From the NCBI GenBank assembly GCA_051532055.1, contig JAOPTX010000008.1:156348-169899 (forward strand): 13,552 nucleotides of DNA, given 5' to 3'. The notes beneath the pieces were generated by a model. That model ran no database searches. It saw only the letters and a list, made by a program, of their open reading frames with translations, and had not been told where the DNA came from. This document shows positions 7,326 to 13,552 of the stretch, in pieces. This stretch comes from Fibrobacterales bacterium. Lineage in GTDB: Bacteria > Fibrobacterota > Fibrobacteria > Fibrobacterales > JAOPTW01. Numbering within the stretch: the first letter of the stretch is position 1; each line of letters opens with the position of its first letter. The translations under genes were made by a program, and so were the position numbers.

Positions 7326-9656
7326 TTAATTCATTTTCGTACAACAACGAAATGAAATTGATGAATCATTATAAAGGGAGATTCCATACCTTTTCTGTGT
7401 GCCCAAATAAAACCCATGAAATGATGAACGGTATTGAAAAACTCGATTACCATAAAGTGTTAACGAATCAGCTATTTCTTCGTCACCCTTATGTTCTATC
7501 AATACGATTTCATTTGTATCCCCAGGTACTGTATTGGTATGCTCATATTCATGTACCGTGACAACCTTAGCGAGCAGAGCTATAGAATCGAGAAAAAGAG
7601 AGTCAGTTGAAGATAATGATTCCAAAGTAAAAATTCGTGAATTTTCACGTGCTCCATTCATAGTATCGATCTGTTCCATAGAGTATATAGTGTTATTAAA
7701 ATATCCAACGGTATCCCGGAGTACATTGAGGCGTTCTTCGGATGGTATAGCGCTATTATCACAAGTAGCATATCTAAATTTTTCTTCAAAGGAAGCTGCT
7801 TCTTGGATCTGTTTATAACTGGCCCCTTTCAAAACATAGCCTACCCCCGTCTCAGCTAATGTTGCAATGCGAGCACTATCGTCTAGAGCAACCCACTCCT
7901 GTAATTGTCCAGGAAGATCTCTAACTCCCTCTGCTGTAATACAATTTACTGAACGATCATTAATATTCTCTGCCCGTGCTGTACCAATATTACAATGCTC
8001 TTCGAGGTAAAAGGTTGCATCGGAAATCGTTCCATATTCATGCATTCCTCCTCCAGTGCAAGCCCTATACCACTCTCTTTCTCGACACAAATAGTGTTCA
8101 CTCGATAGTGCGGAGCAAGCTTGTTCCGCCTCATAGCCTGTTACAGCGGTGATAAATCCCATTGAGTCCTGATGTTCAAACTGATCTATACAGTAGGAAT
8201 CTATTCCCAAACTATCTGAAGAAAGAGAATCTATTTGAATGGGGATCATACCTGCTGAACAACGAGCTGTATCTGCAGTTTTATATGAATAAAAAATAGT
8301 ATCAGTAAATACCGTATCTGATTTATAGCGCGATGCATCGGTGGCAACGATACCAACAATTAATTTTCTTCCAGGAATAAGTTCTTGCAAAGTATCAGAA
8401 AAAATATCTGTATTCTCTTCATGATATCTATTAAGATCTGATTTCGCAAATCCAATGTATGATTCATTTAACGTACGCGAAATTCCTGAACTATCTGAGT
8501 CTATAGTAAAGACGAGCAGGTCATAATAAATGATATCACAATTATTCGTTTCTGATCCTGGTACACAATTATCATTTAAAAGGTCATCGGGGGCATTCCA
8601 ATAAATAACGGCACTGGAAGAATCACCAATAAATGCAATAGAATCACCGGTGATAGATTCGGGCTTCGTACTATCTGTGAGAGTAATAAACAGTGAGTCA
8701 ATAACTGCCGGGTTTCCCGATGCATCATATGCAGTAAAATTCTCCAATTTGTAAGATGTTTCTGGACGCAACCCTCTGAATGTCATTGAATAAACATCTT
8801 TCTTCGAACTATTTTTAACACGTCTTCCTCTATCTTCGATAAAAAAGAAGAATCGAGTGCCAGAGACATATTTTTCCCAGTCGTAAATAACATCAATACT
8901 GTCCAATTCATTGCTATAGAACTGGCCCATTCTCACTGCGGGTGTCTGAGTTACGTTATCGCCCGGCCCGTACTTTGTGAGAGTATCTCCATTAAAAGTA
9001 ACCGTCAATTGAGATAATTGGAGTGATGAATTAATGGCATCCAGTTCACTTGAATCCAATGAGTAGAGCTTAATGTCGTATCCGATAATGATCCCTGAAT
9101 CATTTTGTGGGAGATACACATCGAATACATCTGTGGGCCGTATCCAATTCATTTCAAAATAATCTTCATACACAGATACTTGAGGAATTACAATCTCAGG
9201 CATAATAACATCAGAGGTATATACCACTGTGTAAACCGGTTCACCACCGAGTTCACCATCCGATACTTCAGCCCAGAGTGTTACATTAAATTGTTGATCA
9301 GGTAAGAGGCCTTCACTTGCAAATGAGTCCAAAGAAAAAGTGACTAGGGAACCTGTAAGTGTAGCAGGAATAACAGCATCAGCATTGTTAATCTTTGCAT
9401 CAATATCGTTTGATAGAATAGAATCCCCAAACCAGAGATAATAGTTCAGCACCTTTTTATCACTACTTGGTGCAATCCATCTCAATTGTAGCGGTCCATT
9501 CAATGAATCACGATACGCCTGAAAGTTTGTGGGCTTTGCATTAAAGTCGAGATCATCCGTCTCACGAACATCACCACATCCCAATAAGAATAATGCAGCA
9601 ACAACAGTAATTGTGCAGAAGGAAAGGGTCGCTTTTTTAAGAGAGTGCTTTATCAT
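7326..9656 (-). CDS. Lipoprotein with fibronectin type III-like domains and C-terminal FGE-sulfatase (SUMF1/C-type lectin fold) domain
   Basis: 776-aa ORF with lipobox LFLLG|C. FN3-like motifs: LQLRWIAP…NYYLW, MNWIRP…GYDI…GLRPETSY…AYDASGN, IYWNAP…ELIPG…VATDAS. FGE-type motifs from about nt 8261: CSAGMIPI, YCIDQFE, LCREREWYRAC, GVRDLPGQLQEWV, LKGASY, ISFRCC. Confidence 0.8.
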   Translation of the reverse strand: MIKHSLKKATLSFCTITVVAALFLLGCGDVRETDDLDFNAKPTNFQAYRDSLNGPLQLRWIAPSSDKKVLNYYLWFGDSILSNDIDAKINNADAVIPATLTGSLVTFSLDSFASEGLLPDQQFNVTLWAEVSDGELGGEPVYTVVYTSDVIMPEIVIPQVSVYEDYFEMNWIRPTDVFDVYLPQNDSGIIIGYDIKLYSLDSSELDAINSSLQLSQLTVTFNGDTLTKYGPGDNVTQTPAVRMGQFYSNELDSIDVIYDWEKYVSGTRFFFFIEDRGRRVKNSSKKDVYSMTFRGLRPETSYKLENFTAYDASGNPAVIDSLFITLTDSTKPESITGDSIAFIGDSSSAVIYWNAPDDLLNDNCVPGSETNNCDIIYYDLLVFTIDSDSSGISRTLNESYIGFAKSDLNRYHEENTDIFSDTLQELIPGRKLIVGIVATDASRYKSDTVFTDTIFYSYKTADTARCSAGMIPIQIDSLSSDSLGIDSYCIDQFEHQDSMGFITAVTGYEAEQACSALSSEHYLCREREWYRACTGGGMHEYGTISDATFYLEEHCNIGTARAENINDRSVNCITAEGVRDLPGQLQEWVALDDSARIATLAETGVGYVLKGASYKQIQEAASFEEKFRYATCDNSAIPSEERLNVLRDTVGYFNNTIYSMEQIDTMNGARENSRIFTLESLSSTDSLFLDSIALLAKVVTVHEYEHTNTVPGDTNEIVLIEHKGDEEIADSLTLYGNRVFQYRSSFHGFYLGTQKRYGISLYNDSSISFRCCTKMN

Positions 9657-9671
9657 ACAATTACTGAATAT

Positions 9672-9703
9672 AAAAAAAGAGGCTAATAAATTAGCCTCTT
9701 TTT
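9672..9703 (-). terminator. Intrinsic (rho-independent) terminator of rplU-rpmA
   Basis: Perfect 13-bp inverted repeat AAAAAGAGGCTAA (9674-9686) / TTAGCCTCTTTTT (9691-9703) with a 4-nt loop. It gives a U7 tail on the minus strand and starts 23 nt after the rpmA stop. A T5 tail on the plus strand could make it bidirectional. Confidence 0.85.
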
Positions 9704-9726
9704 ACATTTTTTATTTTTAAGATATA

Positions 9727-9981
9727 TTATGCAGGATATACTGAAATTTTCAGTCTCTTACGATCTAAACGCTCAAATTGAACTTTACCTTCAATGAGTG
9801 AGTAGATTGTATGGTCGTTGCCCATACCTACGTTATTACCTTGATGAAACTTAGTTCCACGTTGACGAACGATGATGTTTCCAGGAATTACAACTTCGCC
9901 ACCATATTTTTTAACACCAAGATACTTAGCGTTTGAGTCTCTTCCGTTCTTAACCGAACCTTGACCTTTTTTGTGAGCCAT
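9727..9981 (-). CDS. rpmA: 50S ribosomal protein L27 (bL27)
   Basis: [24 protein letters not shown]…[13 protein letters not shown]…GNDHTIYSL, the canonical L27 sequence. Purine-rich SD AAAGGGAAGG upstream. Confidence 0.99.
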   Translation of the reverse strand: MAHKKGQGSVKNGRDSNAKYLGVKKYGGEVVIPGNIIVRQRGTKFHQGNNVGMGNDHTIYSLIEGKVQFERLDRKRLKISVYPA

Positions 9982-9996
9982 TCTGTGCCTTCCCTT

Positions 9997-10437
9997 TTAT
10001 GCTTCTGCAGCTTGAGCGATTTTTTGCTTTCTAGTCAAAGGCACATTTTGCTCTTTGGCTTTTGCAATAGCAGCTGTACGCTTTTTAGCTTGTTCAACAA
10101 CTTTAGAATCGACTTTCGCAGACTCACCCGCAACGTTCATCTCAGTAATAACTACTTCGGTGAAGCCTTGACGGTGACCGTTCTTAAGGCGATAGCCTTG
10201 ACGTCTTTTCATTTTAAAAACAATTTTCTTCTCATCTCTACCGTGAGAAAGGACTTCAGCTTTCACTGAACCCTCTAATACAGGGGTGCCTACTTTTGTT
10301 CCACTTTCAGAAGAAAACAAAAGTACGGACTTGAAATCAATCTCTGTACCAACTTCAGCAACATTACTTGGAATGCGAATGACTTGGCCGAGAGCAACTT
10401 TTTGTTGGAAACCCGCTGTTTCAATTACAGAATACAT
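9997..10437 (-). CDS. rplU: 50S ribosomal protein L21 (bL21) with C-terminal extension
   Basis: MYSVIETAGFQQKV…KVGTPVLEG…KIVFKMKRRQGYRLKNGHRQGFTEVVI, the canonical L21 motifs. It lies 15 nt upstream of rpmA, with SD GAGGA at 10445-10441. Confidence 0.98.
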   Translation of the reverse strand: MYSVIETAGFQQKVALGQVIRIPSNVAEVGTEIDFKSVLLFSSESGTKVGTPVLEGSVKAEVLSHGRDEKKIVFKMKRRQGYRLKNGHRQGFTEVVITEMNVAGESAKVDSKVVEQAKKRTAAIAKAKEQNVPLTRKQKIAQAAEA

Positions 10438-10483
10438 ATATCCTCGATTAACATTTTAATTTAATTATGCGTTAAACGCATGG

Positions 10484-10514
10484 CAAATATAGCTACAGAT
10501 ACATTATCTTGCAA
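10484..10514 (-). promoter_or_regulatory. Promoter of rplU-rpmA
   Basis: The minus strand reads TTGCAA (10514-10509), 17 nt, TATATT (10491-10486), which is sigma70-like. The same bases read TTG-20 nt-TATATTTG, matching the Bacteroidota -33/-7 consensus TAnnTTTG. Predicted TSS about 10479. Confidence 0.7.
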
Positions 10515-10622
10515 TATTTAAATAACTATTCCGCCTTATTTTGCTCTTTTTAGCCTAAAATCAAGATGACAAGGTCCATTAATTTTAATTACTATTACTG
10601 AACACCTTAAATAAAGCATGGT

Positions 10623-10865
10623 ATGCAGAAACTCCCCTTTACTATACAGGCTAACTGGAAACATCTTCAGGGCCTACAAAAAGATCCAAAATGGAAAAAT
10701 ACAACTCAAGAAAAGGGAATAGTTTATAGTGCGCTTTGTAGTGGTATCAACTGGAATATACGAATGAATAATTTCCCCGATGAACCAGTATACACCCTTA
10801 TTGTTGATGACGAAGAAATAATACACTTTGATGAATGGCCTGAATTCTGGAAGAAACCCCAATAA
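10623..10865 (+). CDS. Small Trp-rich hypothetical protein
   Basis: 80-aa ORF with a protein-like, motif-rich C-terminal half (WNIRMNNFPDEPVYTLIVDDEEIIHFDEWPEFWKKP) that I recall from small conserved hypotheticals. Possible promoter ATGACA-18 nt-TACTAT at 10566-10595. Confidence 0.7.
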   Translation: MQKLPFTIQANWKHLQGLQKDPKWKNTTQEKGIVYSALCSGINWNIRMNNFPDEPVYTLIVDDEEIIHFDEWPEFWKKPQ

Positions 10866-10914
10866 TAGTTATTATAATCACTATATTTACCCTATCACGT
10901 ACTAAAAGATCACT

Positions 10915-12132
10915 ATGCTTCTCAATCTTGCTTTTGTCATTATAATTGCATTCGGGCTCTCAACCCTATTTACAAGATTTAGACTTCCTGGTTTACTTGG
11001 AATGATACTCACTGGCGTACTTCTTGGCCCTTTTACGCAAAAAGCTGTTGTAGCTCATTTTGATATAGCCGCTCTTAATTTCCTCTTTATATCAGATACC
11101 CTTATAAACCTCTCATCGGAACTCCGAACTCTTGCTCTTATTGTTATTCTTATTAGAGCTGGCCTCGGCATAAACCGCCAAAGCCTTAATAAAATTGGTA
11201 TTCATGCCGCTAAAATGAGTGTTATCCCTGGACTCCTCGAAGGCTCTGTGATTCTTATAATCAGTATGGTCTATCTCGACCTTCCTCTATTTGAGGCCGG
11301 AATGCTTGGTTTTATAATTGCCGCAGTTTCCCCTGCAGTAATTGTTCCTTCTATGCTTTCTCTTATGGAGTCTGGTTATGGCAAGGTAAAGGCTATTCCT
11401 ACCCTTATTCTTGCAGGTGCTAGTGTAGATGATGTTGTTGCTATCACACTTTTTGGTGGATTTCTTGGGGCAGCAACAGGTACAGGTACCTCACTGCTCT
11501 CCTTAGGATTGTCCATTCCCCTAAGCATTGTACTTGGCTTGATAAGTGGTGCGCTCATAGGGCTCATTCTTGTCAAGTTTTTTACCCACAACCACATGAG
11601 AGATACCAAAAAGGTGATTCTCTTTTTAGTTGTTGCTGTTTTATATCATTCATTAGAGGAAGTTATTCCAATAGCTACACTTATTGGGATTATGGCAATC
11701 GGTTTTATGATTCTCGAAAAGCATGATTCTCTTGCGAAAAGGCTCGCGACAAAATTCAATAAGGTGTGGGTACTAGCAGAAATTATACTTTTTGTTTTAA
11801 TTGGTGCACAAGTCAATATACTCGTTGCTACCCATGCCGGACTTATCGGTTTAATAATTATAACTTTGGGGCTTACAGCACGCTCCCTTGGCGTGTGGAT
11901 TTCTTTAATACGCTCTAACCTTAATAAAAAAGAGAAACTTTTTTGCACGATCTCTTACACTCCTAAAGCAACCGTACAAGCAGCGATTGGAGCAATTCCA
12001 CTTTCAATGGGCATTCCATCCGGTGAACTCATTTTAGCATTAGCCGTATTGAGTATTATTATTACAGCACCACTTGGGGCTATTGCCATATCTATAAGTG
12101 CTCCCTATTTACTTGAAAAAGAACCTGTTTAA
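10915..12132 (+). CDS. Cation:proton antiporter (CPA superfamily, NHA/SLC9B-like)
   Basis: 405-aa polytopic membrane protein with motifs LPGLLGMILTG, ALIVILIRAGL, AAVSPAVIVP, GASVDDVVAI (double-Asp ion site) and YTPKATVQAAIG, characteristic of NHA-like Na+/H+ antiporters. Confidence 0.92.
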   Translation: MLLNLAFVIIIAFGLSTLFTRFRLPGLLGMILTGVLLGPFTQKAVVAHFDIAALNFLFISDTLINLSSELRTLALIVILIRAGLGINRQSLNKIGIHAAKMSVIPGLLEGSVILIISMVYLDLPLFEAGMLGFIIAAVSPAVIVPSMLSLMESGYGKVKAIPTLILAGASVDDVVAITLFGGFLGAATGTGTSLLSLGLSIPLSIVLGLISGALIGLILVKFFTHNHMRDTKKVILFLVVAVLYHSLEEVIPIATLIGIMAIGFMILEKHDSLAKRLATKFNKVWVLAEIILFVLIGAQVNILVATHAGLIGLIIITLGLTARSLGVWISLIRSNLNKKEKLFCTISYTPKATVQAAIGAIPLSMGIPSGELILALAVLSIIITAPLGAIAISISAPYLLEKEPV

Positions 12133-12216
12133 TAACCTGTTACACCTTTAATTCATGGTATGTGAACTCTAAATATTTCCCTGTTTACTAGAATGAACTT
12201 GCCACCTGAGGAGCAT

Positions 12217-13506
12217 ATGAAAATAGCTATTGTATCTGATATCCACTTAGGAGCCCCAAACTGTGCACTTGCTGTATGTGATGATGGCAGCTGTAGAACT
12301 GCATCAAAATACCAGGAATTTAAAGAAGCATTAGGCACTCACAACGATTATCTCATCATACTAGGAGATCTTTTTGATATTGCTGTTCGTGACTATGAAA
12401 AAGTATACGAAATATCCTCGTTCTTTTTTCACCGCCTCCATCTGGATTCAATAGCAAAGCAGATTATTTATGTCCCTGGTAATCACGATTATAGTATTTG
12501 GCATACTATAGAACACCAAATCAATGTAATTAATCGCCTAGCCAACAACAAATTACCCCGTCAATTCAAACAAAGTGTTCCTGGCTTACTTGATTTGCGC
12601 AATGATAGTACAGACCATTCTCTTGTATTAAAAGGCCTGCGCAAAGATCAAGGAGAAACCCCCTATGGTGATATCTACTTGAAAAACATATCATCCCTCG
12701 ATTCTCCTGAAGGGCCAACACCAACGGTTTTCAATGTAGCCTACCCCAACCTCTATCTAGCAACTGATGAAGGAACTGTTTTATTAACCCATGGGCAATA
12801 TTTTGAACCTTATTGGAATCTTGCAAGTGAATGGTTACCCAAAATATGTAAAGACGATGCTACTGTTGGTGATGCCCTTGAGAATATATCTATGAAAGAG
12901 GCTGTTGCTATTAATTTTCCACTTTCACAACTCGGTTCAAGCGGATTTGGCCAAGCAGGTATTTTCACAACGGTCGTTCGACAACTCCAAGAAGATGTTA
13001 CTGCAAAAGATGGTTCGCTCATACGCTCATATATTGCCAACCTTATTAATAGCATTCATCTTGATAAGAGTGCCAACTGCTTTAAAAAAGCCATTCTTTG
13101 GTTTTCTAAAAAATATTTAATCGAATTTATACAAGACAAGGTAACCACTGCAATTAAAGCTGACCATACTACTATCTATGATGAGCTGCTCAATAACGAC
13201 CCAACCACATCCCAGCGATTTACCACATTTATGAACCGTTCAGAAGATGAGCTCAGTGAATTTTTATCCGAAGAAAACAAAGAAGAAATACCCAATCATA
13301 TATCAAAACTTGTTTTTGGTCATACCCACATGCCTATCCCCATGGGAGACCCAAAATACCATTTCCAATCGAATAGTGGTACTGTAGCTTTTTCAAATAC
13401 CGGAGGATGGATCTATGAAGATACACTTCCTGGATCCCCATTTTGCGGAGCAGAAGTCATACACTATGAAAGTGGTAAAGGATTTAAAAATACCACAGTA
13501 TCTTAA
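12217..13506 (+). CDS. Calcineurin-like metallophosphoesterase (start revised from 12193 to 12217)
   Basis: All five motifs are present: SDIHLG, LGDLFD, PGNHD, LTHG, FGHTH, plus a C-terminal NTGGW. GAGGAG (12208-12213) directly precedes the ATG at 12217, giving the typical start MKIAIVSDIH. No signal peptide. Confidence 0.88.
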   Translation: MKIAIVSDIHLGAPNCALAVCDDGSCRTASKYQEFKEALGTHNDYLIILGDLFDIAVRDYEKVYEISSFFFHRLHLDSIAKQIIYVPGNHDYSIWHTIEHQINVINRLANNKLPRQFKQSVPGLLDLRNDSTDHSLVLKGLRKDQGETPYGDIYLKNISSLDSPEGPTPTVFNVAYPNLYLATDEGTVLLTHGQYFEPYWNLASEWLPKICKDDATVGDALENISMKEAVAINFPLSQLGSSGFGQAGIFTTVVRQLQEDVTAKDGSLIRSYIANLINSIHLDKSANCFKKAILWFSKKYLIEFIQDKVTTAIKADHTTIYDELLNNDPTTSQRFTTFMNRSEDELSEFLSEENKEEIPNHISKLVFGHTHMPIPMGDPKYHFQSNSGTVAFSNTGGWIYEDTLPGSPFCGAEVIHYESGKGFKNTTVS

Positions 13507-13534
13507 AAATGCCTAAACTTATTTTCTATCAAAT

Positions 13535-13552
13535 AAAAAAAGGACTCGAAGA
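13535..13552. terminator. Probable left half of an intrinsic terminator, truncated by the window edge
   Basis: An A-run followed by GGACTC-GAA-GA…; the last bases begin the complement of GGACTC. The right arm is outside the window. Confidence 0.3.

Noticed and set aside
7326..7800. Diversity-generating retroelement target (C-terminal FGE/C-type-lectin fold)
   Set aside because: No reverse transcriptase, no avd-like gene and no near-duplicate template repeat is visible in the window. A remote DGR elsewhere in the genome cannot be excluded.
7326..9656. True formylglycine-generating enzyme, EgtB or gliding protein GldK/GldJ
   Set aside because: It lacks the catalytic Cys pair, has no adjacent sulfatase, DinB domain or gldLMN genes, and the FN3 stalk architecture does not fit.
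9982..9996. prp (ribosomal-processing protease) gene between rplU and rpmA
   Set aside because: The spacer is only 15 nt, and L27 lacks the N-terminal extension that Prp cleaves.
6783..10269. Short ORFs 6783-6965, 7352-7561, 7534-7818, 7946-8134, 9105-9305, 9529-9720 and 9961-10269
   Set aside because: All lie within or antisense to well-supported genes, one crosses the terminator, and none shows a protein motif.
12193..12216. Upstream ATG of the phosphoesterase
   Set aside because: The segment contains the SD for the ATG at 12217, and the family motif starts at MKIAIVSD.
10674..13120. Short ORFs 10674-10862, 11376-11609, 11646-11948, 12153-12338, 12810-13055 and 12905-13120
   Set aside because: Antisense or out-of-frame shadows of the hypothetical, antiporter and phosphoesterase genes.
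10623..13506. Horizontally acquired island suggested by C/T-rich codons in the plus-strand genes
   Set aside because: The plus strand looks C-rich over G across the whole window, so replication strand skew explains it. There is no integrase, tRNA or flanking repeat.
1..13552. CRISPR array, tRNA/rRNA gene, IS element or long DNA repeats
   Set aside because: Intergenic regions are all under 200 nt and show no such structure by eye.

Overview
AT-rich bacterial chromosomal segment, most likely from the Fibrobacterota or wider FCB group. That assignment is an inference from the long C-terminal extension on L21, the short MAHKKG-type L27 with no prp gene, and the envelope protein types. The housekeeping anchor is rplU-rpmA on the minus strand, with a clear promoter and an intrinsic terminator. 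Downstream, instead of obgE, lies a co-oriented cell-envelope block: an FN3 + FGE/C-type-lectin-fold lipoprotein (776 aa), a 304-aa and a ~123-aa lipoprotein, an 834-aa lipoprotein with Ig/cadherin-like, F-type lectin and ricin-B lectin domains, and a translationally coupled outer-membrane beta-barrel. A small membrane-anchored protein and an exported TPR protein follow. On the plus strand at right are a small hypothetical gene, an NHA/SLC9B-like cation:proton antiporter and a calcineurin-like metallophosphoesterase. The most striking signals are (i) 20 copies each of the Bacteroidota O-glycosylation sequon D-(S/T)-(A/I/L/V/M/T) in the two large lipoproteins and (ii) a possible surface glycan-binding module with an altered fucose-binding site. 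I saw no mobile element, CRISPR array or structural RNA gene. All domain calls are by-eye motif recognition; no database searches were run.
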